DNA of 64,000 nucleotides from an uncultured bacterium (lineage in GTDB: Bacteria; Verrucomicrobiota; Verrucomicrobiia; Limisphaerales; UBA8199): positions 128,001-192,000 of the forward strand of contig CAVVMW010000022.1 of NCBI GenBank assembly GCA_963749495.1, in the 5' to 3' direction. Both the position numbers and the translations under genes were made by a program. Each line of letters opens with the position of its first letter. Positions within the stretch are counted from its first letter, which is position 1. This document shows, in pieces, positions 39,710 to 49,861 of this stretch. The notes under the pieces were generated by a model. The model saw nothing but the letters and a program-made list of their open reading frames with translations, was not told where the DNA came from and did no database searches.

Positions 39710-41301
39710 CTTCCGGAGCACGGTATCGCGCTGGGCCCAGGCGGGGTCGGGTTTGGGGTAGTCGAGGTTGTAGTTGAGGCCGCGGCTTTCCGGGCGCTGG
39801 AGGGCGCTGTGGATGATCAGTTCGGCGACGGTGGCGATGTTGCGCAGTTCGAGCAGGTCGCGGGTGACGATGAAATCCCAATAGTACTCCTGGATTTCGT
39901 CCTGGAGGTTGGCGATGCGTTTGAGGGCGCGCTGGAGGCGTTTGTTGGTGCGGACGATGCCCACGTAGTCCCACATGGCGCGGCGGATTTCGTCCCAGTT
40001 ATGGGAGACCACGACCATTTCATCGGGGTTGTGGGCATTGCCGGACTGCCAGGGGGGAATGGGGGCGGGGTCGGGTTGGAGCGGGGAGGCCAGGGCGCGC
40101 TGGGCGGCGCGATGGGCGCAGACGACGGCCTCGAGCAGGGAGTTGCTGGCCAGGCGGTTGGCCCCGTGCAGGCCCGTGCAGGCCACCTCGCCGACCGCGA
40201 AGAGCCCCGGGATTTCGGTCTCCCCTTGGAGGTTGGTGAGGACGCCCCCGCACTGGTAATGGGCGGCCGGCACCACGGGGATCGGCTCTTTGGTGATGTC
40301 CAACCCGTAGCGCAGGCAGGTCTGGTAGATGTTGGGGAAACGGTCCATGATGAAGCGCGCCGGCTTGTGCGTGATGTCCAGCAGCACGTAATCGGCCCCG
40401 CTCTGCTTCATCTGGCTGTCGATGGCGCGGGCAACGATGTCGCGCGGCGCCAGTGACTTCAGCGGGTGAAAGCGGTCCATGAACTCGACGCCCTCGATTG
40501 TCTTGAGCACGGCGCCCTCGCCCCGGACGGCCTCGCTGACGAGGAACGATTTGGCCTTGGGATGGTAAAGACAGGTGGGATGAAACTGGATGAACTCCAT
40601 GTTGGCCACCGGGGCCCCGGCCCGGTAGGCCATCGCGACGCCGTCGCCGGTGGCGATGTCCGGGTTGGTGGTGTAGAGATAGACCTTGCCGCAGCCGCCG
40701 GTGGCCAGGAGCGTAATCGGGGCGGCGAAAGTCTCGACCTGGCCTGAGGCCAGGTCCAGGACGTGGACTCCGAGGCAGCGGTTGGGGCCCGCTCGCCCCA
40801 GCTTCTGGCTGGTGACCAGGTCAATGGCAAAATGGTTCTCGAAAACCTCGATGTTCGGGCGTTGCGCCACCGCCGCCAGCAAGGCCCTCTCGATCTCCCG
40901 CCCGGTGACGTCCTTGGCATGGAGAATCCGCCGCTTCGAATGCCCGCCCTCCCTGCCCAGGTCCAACTCCCGCGCCCCGCGCGACCAGGGGATCTCCCGC
41001 TCGCTGAATTGCATCCCCATGGCGATGAGCTCGGCAATCCGCGCCGGCCCTTCCTCGACGATCGTCCGCACCGCGCTCTCCTTGCACAGGCCCGCGCCCG
41101 CATCGAGCGTGTCGCGCACGTGCAACTCGAAGGAATCTTCTTTGCTGGTCACCGCCGCGATCCCCCTTGGGCGTAGTTCGTGTTGGATTCCGCCCGGTCT
41201 TTTTTCGTAATGATGGCGACCCGGCCGGCGCCGGCAACTTTCAAGGCGTAAGAAAGTCCCGCTATTCCGCTCCCTAATACCAGATAATCGAATTGCTTCA
41301 T
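39707..41301 (-). pseudogene. nadB: L-aspartate oxidase with a -1 frameshift in a G run near 41165
   Basis: [12 protein letters not shown]...SNTNYAQGG | [44 protein letters not shown]. Confidence 0.93.
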
Positions 41302-41444
41302 GTCAAGACCCGCAGCCAGGAGACTGGCACAACCCCGGAAAAGGGAAAGGAAAAACCGGCGGCTCAGAGTCCCCTGGGTGTGAGACAGAATTCTTCTTGG
41401 ACCCCCAGGTCGCAGTTCTCGGATCTGGTTCGGGGCTTCGATCC

Positions 41445-41523
41445 TTCGTTTCCTTCTGTTCTTTTCCCCCATCCTCCCGGCTGGGCACAGAAACAGAACA
41501 GAAGGAAACGAAGGAAACGAAGA
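41445..41523. repeat. Inverted short repeat CTTCGTTTCCTTCTGTTC / GAACAGAAGGAAACGAAG
   Basis: Perfect 18-bp inverted pair in the intergenic region. Confidence 0.65.
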
Positions 41524-41578
41524 AGCGGCCTGATGCGGCGGCATCGATCTGGGCCCTGCTAGTTTGTGCCTTTGCCCC

Positions 41579-43459
41579 TCAGTTCTCGGCCGAGCGAAGC
41601 CGCCAGCGCCGGCGCGGAAGGCGATGTTCATCCGCTCGGGGTCCGCGGGATTGGGCTGGGAACAGTTCCAGGAGCAGGCGCCGCAATGCACACATTTGTC
41701 CCGGTCGAAGACCGGCACGCCCCGGTGGTCTGGCGTGATGGCCTGGCCGGAACAGGCCTCGATGCAAATCCGCACCCCGCACTCGATGCACAGGCGCGGG
41801 TAAAGAAAGGCCACGTGATCCGCATAGCCGGGCGGCGCGTGGACCTTGCCCCCCAGCAGCAGGGCGTCCTGGTGCGACATCAGCAGCTTGCCGTCATAAG
41901 GAATCGCCGGCCAACCGCACCGCTGCATGAGAGTGGCATGGAGCGAGACGCCCTTGATGGCGCATTCCTTGCGCAATTGCCGGAGCTCCACCTCCGGGAT
42001 TCGGCCCCGGTAATACTCCTCGAGCGACGGGATGCGTTCGTAAGGGGGGACCGGTTCGGCGCCCAGGGCCAGCCGGCCCTTGGTCAGGCCGGCAAGGGCC
42101 ATCCCCAGCAGACCACGCACAAAGCCCCTTTGGAACCCGTCCCGGGATTTCTCCGCCACGCGGGCCTGGGCCTCCAGCCAACTCGCGCGCCGCCGCTTCA
42201 CATAGGTCTGCTCCAGATTCTGCCGGCTGAACGGCTTGCGGGACTTGAGCAGCTCCAGGACGGCCTCAGCCAGTTGCACGCCGCTGGTCCAGGCCTCGTC
42301 CAAGCCGGAGCCGGTCAGGACGTTGGTGGCGCCGGACCCCTCGCCGATGCGGGCGTAGCCTTCACCGACGAGGTGCGGTTCGCCCCGCCGGCCGGACTCG
42401 CAGAGGCTCTTGGCGCCCCAGGAACGGAGCCTGGCGCCCTTGAGATAGCGCCAGAGATAGGGATGAAGCATCCAATGCTGCAGGTAGCGGTAGCTGGTGC
42501 GCACGGGTGTGTCGAACCACGACGGCACAAAAATGCCCACCGAGGCGATGCGGTCCGGGTGCACATAGAAAAAGCCGAAGATTTCCGGCTCCGGGAAGCC
42601 GAACGTGTGCAGCACCGTCCCGGCTTTGAGCGGCGTGTCCTTATCGAGATCCACGACGAATTTCATCCCCACGGCCCACTCGCGCGCACGGTGGCCTGCA
42701 GGCCGGCCGAAATGGGCGTCGAGTTGCTGGCCGACGGGGCCGACCGGCCCATCGCCCACGACGGTGAGCGCGGCGTGTACGTCCATGCCCGGCATGAATC
42801 CGCTGCCGGGCCGCCCTTGTTTGTCCACGCCTTGGTCGAGCAGACGAATGCCTTTGACCCGATCTTCCTGGATCAGGGCCTGGGAGACAGGTGTGCCGGG
42901 CCAGATTTGGACTGTGCCTGTGCCCTGGACCTGGGCGCCGACCCATTGCACGAATTGGCCCATCGAAAGGAGCAGCCCGCCCTCTTTGTGCAGGAACGGC
43001 GGGGTCCAGGGCAACTCGACCGCCTCGCTCTGGAAGGGCAATAACCCTCGAAATGCCCGGATGCAGGCATCGGCCATGCGCACCACCCAGGACCGCCCGG
43101 CTGGCCCCAATGGGGTCCAGCAAATAAACTGTCCGCTGCTCCTGGACCCGCGCGGCCATCGGGATCTGGCTCGGGTCCAGGTCCGGGAAGCTGGCCCGCA
43201 GCCCCCGCCCCCGCGTCACGACCCCGGAGACGCCAAAAGCGATGTCGTCGGCCCGCTCGTAGCAAACCACCTGGGGCGGCATCCCGGGCAGAACCGCGCT
43301 CTCCGCGGTGGGCGAGCCGTCGGGCTTGACCAGGTTCTTTGAGAGCGTCGTGAGGAACCCCGCCATGGCGGGCCCGAACCCGACGCAGGCGATGTCCACG
43401 TCCATGCGCTGGCGGTCAATTGCGGCGGAGGCGTCGGTCGAGGGCGAAGGTGTATCCAA
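41579..43459 (-). pseudogene. ETF-ubiquinone oxidoreductase / FixC-FixX-like 4Fe-4S flavoprotein with frameshifts near 43097 and 41600
   Basis: [53 protein letters not shown]...DKCVHCGAC; end GLRSAEN*. Confidence 0.85.
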
Positions 43460-43619
43460 GGCAGGAGGTCTCTTTGTGTGGTTGAGGGCCTCAGCGGGCG
43501 GCCCATTTGGCGCTACTGGACGTGTTCACGAGAAATGCATCCTAGATTGAGTGATGAGGTGCGTCAATCCGTCTTTGGAGGCCCAGCTACGTCCTGGGCA
43601 TCGCCCAGAGGGCCGTGGA

Positions 43620-43800
43620 CGGCCACATCCCGACGCTCGATGAGGCGCGGCGGCGAGTCGTCGCCGAAATCAAGCAGGCGAAGCGCGATGGGGCGCGAGC
43701 GTTGAAGGTGATTCACGGCTATGGTTCATCGGGCAAGGGCGGGGCGCTCTGCGCCGGGTTGCGGTAGTTGTTCGGCCTGTGCAAAAAGCAAGGGGTCCCA
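43620..43800 (+). pseudogene. Smr/MutS2-domain protein remnant
   Basis: PTLDEARRRV..EI..AK..G..ALKVIHGYGSSGKGG.L...LR*; stop at 43765. Confidence 0.7.
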
Positions 43801-43897
43801 AAGAGGGGACAAGCCTTGCCAAACCACCGCGAACGAGTAATCTGGCGCCTATGAAGAGGCACCTGATGTGGATGTCCTCTGACTTATCGGAATCCTC

Positions 43898-44254
43898 ATG
43901 AATGCGTTCTTCGCCTATACCCTTCTCCTGGTGGGCATGCCCGTCTTCGTCGGCATGTTCGTTGGCTCTTTTGTTATGAGGCCGGTTTCAAGAATCCTGT
44001 GCCGATTGCCAAATATCGAGCGGACGCATTTACAATTGCCGGAGGTTCTCAACGGGCTAGCGGCAGCGGCGGCAGGTGCATGTTACTTCCGGGTCTGCGG
44101 GCTGAATCCAAGTCCAATCGTTCCCATCATCATCGCCGCATGGATCTCGTTGTATTGCATCGCGTCTCACCAGCACCTTCCCAACTGGCTCAGTTGGCTT
44201 GCAGGGCTTGTCATCGGCTGGTTCGCATTGGCAAGAGTGGTCCTTGCGGCATGA
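43898..44254 (+). CDS. Hypothetical membrane protein
   Basis: About four hydrophobic helices. Confidence 0.55.
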   Translation: MNAFFAYTLLLVGMPVFVGMFVGSFVMRPVSRILCRLPNIERTHLQLPEVLNGLAAAAAGACYFRVCGLNPSPIVPIIIAAWISLYCIASHQHLPNWLSWLAGLVIGWFALARVVLAA

Positions 44255-44289
44255 CGTTTGACCGCTCGCCCGCGCTCAGATGCTCTGAA

Positions 44290-44851
44290 TCACTCTGTCG
44301 AGTCGCCCGGCAGCAGGTGCTGAGGCAGGCCGGCCAGCACAGCGTTGCGGTCCTTGTAGGTTACGATCCAGAACGCGGTTGTACACGCTTCCTTTCCACC
44401 GTGCAGGCTTTGGCTCGACCCCAAGTGCCTTGGCCAAGGCTGGAAGGCGGTCGTGTATCCAGCAGACGACGACGGTCTTCCCGTCAAGAGCGGGGTCTGA
44501 CAGGATGTGCCTGGCCAAGGCGGCGTAATCACTGGGGCCATACGGCGTCTGCACCGACAGTTTGAGGTGGTCCGCGAGCGGTTTGAGCGTCTCGTAGGGG
44601 CGGAATGTGTGGCCTCTCCTTGTGACCTTCGGCGCGAACAGCGCCGAAGGTTGACCGTTGGTCCCGAGGACGGGTTCCGTTGTCAGGAACGCTGCCAGCG
44701 CGCGTGCTCGCGCCTGCCCGCGTTGAGAAAGATTCACCTCGGATTCATCAGCGGGCTTCTCGGCGTGGCGGAGCAGGATGACCCGCGCCGGTCGCGCCAA
44801 GCCCGTTTCGGCAATGAGGAAAAACAGCAGGATGAGAGGGCAGCATTTCAT
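44290..44851 (-). pseudogene. Secreted histidine phosphatase family protein with a +1 frameshift near 44371
   Basis: VILLRHAEKP; LSQRGQARARAL; RPYETLKPLA; ICWIH-like motif; ends PQHLLPGDSTE* in another frame. Confidence 0.8.
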
Positions 44852-44915
44852 GGGTCAACAGGTCCGCTGCTCACCGGGAAGGACGCTTCTGGTCATCACT
44901 CATAAAGTTGAGGGC

Positions 44916-45600
44916 TCAATCGCCGGAGCTCTGGATGAGGATTGCCTCAAGTCTCGCGCGCAATTCCTCGCGCTTGACCTGGTCAGAGTCCCTCGGGACC
45001 AGGATCGGCTCGTTGAGAATGAGTTCGCACCTGGAAAAGGGGAGCGGAATTTGGAAGCGGTCCCAGCTCTTGAGGCAGATTTTCCGCCGGGTGTTGCAGG
45101 TGACCGGGATGATCGGCAACCCGGTGATTTGTGCCAGGGCGATGACGCCCTCCTGCACGACATAGCGCGGACCCCTCGGGCCATCGGGGGTGACGGCCAA
45201 ATCATATCCCAGCTTCGCGCGGCTGCTCAGTTCCAGCAAGGCCTGGGGGCCGCGGCGGCTGGTAGAGCCGCGCACCTGTTCGACGCCAAAGGCTCCCAGC
45301 ACGGCGGCAAGAAGGGCGCCATCCTTGCTCGCGCTCACCAGCGCGGCGAGTTTGCGCGGATGCCGCCGGTGCACCACCATCGAGATCGCCAGCCGATTGT
45401 GCCACAAGCAGAAGATCACCGGCTGCCCGCTGGGCGGCTGGGTCAGTCCGGAGTGATCACGCCACCGGCAGCGCAGGGATGCGGTCACGATCCGCTCGAT
45501 CACGAACACCAGCAGGGCGACCATCCGTTGCAAGAGCCGGGGTTGGTGCGGAACCACAACACCTGGGTTCGCGCAGGACCCCAAGCCGCGTGCATCGCCT
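44916..45600 (-). CDS. DUF374 lysophospholipid acyltransferase family protein (start approximate)
   Basis: IFCLWHNRL; LVSASKDG; VRGSTSRRG; VTPDGPRGP; SWDRFQIPLPFS. Confidence 0.88.
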
Positions 45601-45787
45601 CCACCCAGGCTCATTTTCCGGGTCACGGACCAATAAACCATGACTTGCCTCTCCGACGCAAGCCAATTCTCCGGCTTTTGCCCGGGTGCCCGGGTGACGA
45701 GTGTGCCAAAACCTTTTTCTCCCTTGCTATTTTCGTGGTCTGAGCTTTCCAGTTGACCGTAAGTCATGCTTCCAGGATGCTCCGGGT

Positions 45788-46048
45788 ATGACGGCTACTC
45801 TATATAATCGGGGCCAGATGGTGATCCCGGCCAAGGCCAGAAAGGAGGCGCGGCTCAGCCAGGGTAACGTCCTCAGCGTTGAAATCCAAGGCGATGGCAG
45901 AATTCTGCTCGTGCGGCTGGAAAGACCCAAGGAGTCGGAGCCAGCCAAAGCCCGGCTGTTACACCGCAAGGGCAGACATCCCGTTCTGGTCGGCACTCGC
46001 GAGCCGACGAATCAGGAGCTGGTGGCCGCGCTGGCGGACTTCCCATGA
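45788..46048 (+). CDS. AbrB/MazE/SpoVT-family antitoxin
   Basis: MTATLYNRGQMVIPAKARKEARL.QG..L. Confidence 0.85.
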   Translation: MTATLYNRGQMVIPAKARKEARLSQGNVLSVEIQGDGRILLVRLERPKESEPAKARLLHRKGRHPVLVGTREPTNQELVAALADFP

Positions 46049-46074
46049 AGTACCTCCGAAACCAACCTGTGAGA

Positions 46075-47586
46075 ATGCCAACTGCCAACCGCCTCGATAT
46101 AGGCGGAGTACTGCTGTCCGCGCTCTGCGTCCTTACGATCTTGAGGATGCAGACCGGCCTCGCCGGGCCGGCTCCAATCCAGGGGCCGCTCAGGGCCTCC
46201 GGGAATCCCAATTACTTCACGGACGCGAGCGGCAGCCCGCTCATCCTGTGCGGTTCGCAAACGTGGAACACGCTGCAGGATTGGGGCACCAGCGGGTCCG
46301 TGCAGCCGCTGGACTTCAACGCGTTCATCGGGTTTCTCAAGGCGCATGGACACAACTTCACTCTCCTCTGGCGCACCGAGTTGCCCAAGTTCAGCAACTT
46401 GCCCGTCGCGGCCGCTCATCCTCCGGATTTCACCGTAAGCCCGCATCCCTGGATAAGAACCGGCCCCGGACTCGCCACCGACGGCGGACTGAAATTCGAT
46501 CTGACGGCATTCGACCCCGCCTATTTCGACCGATTACGCGCGCGGGTGGAGGCACTGAACGGGGCGGGCATCTATGCCGGTGTCTATTTGTTCACCGCCG
46601 AATTCCTGCTGCGGTTCCGCAGTTCGACCGACGGCTATCCTTTTTCGGGACCCAACAATGTCAATCGAGTGGATGACGGCTACCGGGGCGGCCCGGCCGA
46701 GACCGGTCTCGCCTCGGTTACCATGGCTGCAACCAACGTCATCACCGATTTGCAGGATGCCTGTGTCCGGAAGACCATCGACACTCTGAACGACCTGCCC
46801 AATGTGCTCTGGATCGTTTCCGAGGAGGCTCCGATGAAATCAACCTGGTGGAACAGCCACTTGATTTTGTTGGTCCGGGCTTACGAGCGGGTGAAGCCCT
46901 GTCAACATCCCGTCGGATATGCCACGCTTGAGAGTCCCTCGGATTCCATCCTTTACAATTCGGACGCGGACTGGGTCGCTCCGTGGGCCTGGGTTTCTCC
47001 CACGACCTCCTGCGGAACGGGCAACCCTTCCTGCAAAGTCAACATCAATGACAGCGACCACAGCTACTTCGGGATGTGGAATGATGCGCCTCAGAAAAAC
47101 CGGAATTATGCGTGGGAGAACTTCACCACGGGCAACCAGGTGCTGTTCATGGACCCGTACCTGGTCTATTACCCGCGCGAGAATCGGAACCTGTGCCTTT
47201 CTCCTGTCCACGGCATCGGCAGCAGCCCGGACCCGCGCTGGGAGAATTTTCGGAACAATCTCGGGTATCTCTTGCGATATTCACGCAAGCTCAACCTGGC
47301 CAACGTCACCCCCAGGAATTCTCTCTGTTCGACCAAGCACTGCCTGGCGCAGACCCCGTCCAGCGGCGCGGAGTACCTGGCTTATGCCCCTGCCGGAGGC
47401 CCGTTCACCATGGATCTATCGGCGATGCCGGACTCGAGGAGGCTGGCGGTCGAATGGTTTAACCCTGCGACCGGCGAGACCATAACCGAAAGTCCGATTG
47501 CTGCCGGGTCATCCTCCCAGCCGTTCCGTCCGCCATTCAACGGAGACGCCGTCTTATACCTGGTGGACACGGCGGGTCACATGTAA
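46075..47586 (+). CDS. Secreted DUF6298/DUF4038-like protein with C-terminal collagen-binding-like domain
   Basis: GPLRASGNPNYFTD.SG; KFDL..FD..YFDRLR.RV; DSDHSY; VEWFNPATGE...PPFNGDAVLYL. Confidence 0.75.
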   Translation: MPTANRLDIGGVLLSALCVLTILRMQTGLAGPAPIQGPLRASGNPNYFTDASGSPLILCGSQTWNTLQDWGTSGSVQPLDFNAFIGFLKAHGHNFTLLWRTELPKFSNLPVAAAHPPDFTVSPHPWIRTGPGLATDGGLKFDLTAFDPAYFDRLRARVEALNGAGIYAGVYLFTAEFLLRFRSSTDGYPFSGPNNVNRVDDGYRGGPAETGLASVTMAATNVITDLQDACVRKTIDTLNDLPNVLWIVSEEAPMKSTWWNSHLILLVRAYERVKPCQHPVGYATLESPSDSILYNSDADWVAPWAWVSPTTSCGTGNPSCKVNINDSDHSYFGMWNDAPQKNRNYAWENFTTGNQVLFMDPYLVYYPRENRNLCLSPVHGIGSSPDPRWENFRNNLGYLLRYSRKLNLANVTPRNSLCSTKHCLAQTPSSGAEYLAYAPAGGPFTMDLSAMPDSRRLAVEWFNPATGETITESPIAAGSSSQPFRPPFNGDAVLYLVDTAGHM

Positions 47587-47652
47587 ACCTGACCCTTCGC
47601 TCATGCCACAGACACCGTCCCTTGGACTGCCCAAGAATGCTTCTCAAAGCGC

Positions 47653-47798
47653 AATTGTTCAGGTGGGGACGCGTGGGGCAGCCCTCCGGGCTGCCGGTTG
47701 CAGGGGCCTCTGGCCCCGAGCGTCGCGACTGCAAGGGACACGGAGCCAGAGGCTCCGTGAACCGGCAGACCAGAGGTCTGCCCCACACCTGAACAGTT
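47653..47798. repeat. REP-like palindrome (GTGG...CCAC) wrapped in AATTGTTCAGGTG / CACCTGAACAGTT
   Basis: Inner arms 47673-47699 and 47760-47786; outer 13-bp IR. Confidence 0.8.
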
Positions 47799-47805
47799 AC
47801 CTCAA

Positions 47806-48521
47806 ATGAAACTCTGTTTGCTCTGTTTTTTCCTCGCCCTGGGCATGTCAACGCCGGCGAGCGACACTTCCCCAAGGGTTCGGCACACGACGGTCTCAAT
47901 TGTCGGTGACGAGTTTTGCATCAACGGCCGCCCGACTTATGCCGGACGCTCCTGGAACGGGCACAAGCTCCAGGGGTTGCTCCTCAACGCGCGCCTGGTT
48001 CAGGGCATCTTCGACGACCGCAACACTAACACCGTTTCAGGCTGGTCCTACCCGGACACCGGCAAATGGGACCCGGAGCGTAACACCTCCGAGTTCACTG
48101 CCGCTATGCCGGACTGGCGGCGGCATGGATTGCTCGCCTTTACCATCAACTTCCAAGGCGGTTCGCCCCGAGGCTACGTGAGCGCCCAGCCCTGGCACAA
48201 CTCCGCGTTTGAGGCAGACGGCTCACTGCGCCCGGACTACGCGGGCCGGCTGGAGCGTATTGTCAACCGCGCGGACGAACTCGGGATGGTGGTGGTTCTG
48301 GGCTATTTCTATACGAGGACGATCACTACGGCTTCGAAAAGCCGGGGAATAATTTCACCGTGGCGCTGGCGTCCTGCGCCTCGTGGGGCCTCTACGACCA
48401 GGGCACGAACAACTACCACGACGGCTTTCAATCCCCCCCGGTGGACTGGGCCATCAATACTCAGCGCGAGCAGGACTTCTTTCGGCTGGTGAGTGAAATC
48501 ACCGTCAACGCTGCCAAATAG
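47806..48521 (+). pseudogene. Secreted hypothetical (glycoside-hydrolase-like) protein with out-of-frame internal deletion near 48310
   Basis: GLLLNARLVQGIFDD...ADELGMVVVLGYFY joined to EDDHYGFEKPGNNF...FQSPPVDWAINT...AK*. Confidence 0.7.
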
Positions 48522-48628
48522 TCGAGCCAGATTTGCAGGGCTTGGGAAGCCCATCCCGGCTTCCTGACCATTTCAAAGGGCTGATCCGCAGGGTTGCGGT
48601 CTCAGCGAGAGAAAGTTATAGTTTTCGC

Positions 48629-48823
48629 ATGAGTGCGACAGCAGAGGCGTTATTGGAGCAGTTTCGCAGACTGCCTGGCCCCGAGCAGCAGGAGCTTTTG
48701 CAGCGGTTGTTGCGTTTGACCTCAGGAGCCGGGGACCCCTCTGAGAAACCCTTCCCTACCGTAAAGGTCAGCGGCGGCGCGATCACCTCGGAGCAGGTAG
48801 CGGAGGCCCTCGATGATGAATGA
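48629..48823 (+). CDS. Small putative antitoxin
   Basis: MSATAEALLEQFRRLP..EQQELL...ITSEQVAEALDDE; TTGCGG-N17-TATAGT directly upstream. Confidence 0.6.
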   Translation: MSATAEALLEQFRRLPGPEQQELLQRLLRLTSGAGDPSEKPFPTVKVSGGAITSEQVAEALDDE

Positions 48824-49029
48824 GGCGCTGACCCAGCCTCGCCCACGCTGTTCTTGGTTTCCTGACCACACCATCCGAACGGAGAAAGAAACCTCTGTTC
48901 TCTCTGTTCCCTCCTGTTCAGATCCGGGCGTGGCGGCGTGGTGGGACTGGACTTCGACAAAGGCGTCAGCGATGGCCCTCCGAACCCCTGTTCGCGTCGC
49001 CGGTGGCCGCCAGGCGTCACGCACTCGCC

Positions 49030-49227
49030 AAGATCGGCGTGCTTTTGCGCCAGGCTCGGGAGCAAGCTGGGGTCACCCAAGAGGACTTGGCGCGGCGGAC
49101 GAAGACCAAAAAATCCGCCATCTCACGCCTGGAAAACCACGCCGAGGACGTGCGCCTCTCGACATTGGAGCGTGTCGCTCCTGCGCTGGGCAAATCCCTG
49201 CGAATTGGATCGGTTGAGGTTCAGTAG
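49030..49227 (+). pseudogene. XRE-family HTH (HigA-like), C-terminal fragment
   Basis: [46 protein letters not shown]. Confidence 0.8.
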
Positions 49228-49861
49228 AACTGCTAACGGGGCAGGGCCTCAGACCGGCAAGGCAACGTGAGTTTTGCGACATTCGGCTGCCGCTGGAGGT
49301 GCCTTGCCGGCCTGAATCGCTGTCTCGTTAGTACACTGGCCGTGTGCTGCGCCCGGACCAGGGCAGCGTCAACCACGTCGCGCCCCGCTGGCCCCGTGAG
49401 ATGCGGCGATTGGAGTGCCTGGCCAGTCCCGCGCGGCTTATCTCACTGGGCGAGCGCGGCGGCAAGGGCGCGTGGGAGAACCTCGTCTGGTCGGCCAAGG
49501 AGCCGAACCAGCGCAAGGCCGACCACCTCCCGCATGAGGCCTGCCGCAAGCTCCTGTCCAGTGCCCGTGCGCCGAGGGAGTTGACGGTCTCGGCTCTCAT
49601 GCGTAATGCCCCCGTCATCGAGCATTGGAAGCTGCCTTTGTGGGACTAAGCGAGGCACTTGTCCAAATGCAATAGAGGGAATTAGCAAAACTCACGCTTA
49701 CGCGGATCCGCCGAACGTAATGCGCTGCGGCCAGAAGCCGAGCCCAACGACTAAACCGCCGGGACGCACGACGGCCCCTCGGGGCGGGCAAGGTTCGCTC
49801 GGGCGTTTGCTCGTGTATTTAGTTGACGCCTGAATCTCGGTTTGCGAGGTTTGGGCTTGCC

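Noticed and set aside
41149..43110. Apparent ETF-QO/NadB fusion ORF (653 aa)
   Set aside because: Produced by frameshifts near 41600 and 41165 reading through the intergenic repeat; these are two separate genes.
49725..49822. Possible integron attC site before the NACHT gene
   Set aside because: Some dyad symmetry, but no clean RYYYAAC...GTTRRRY pair, no second copy and no integron integrase in the window.
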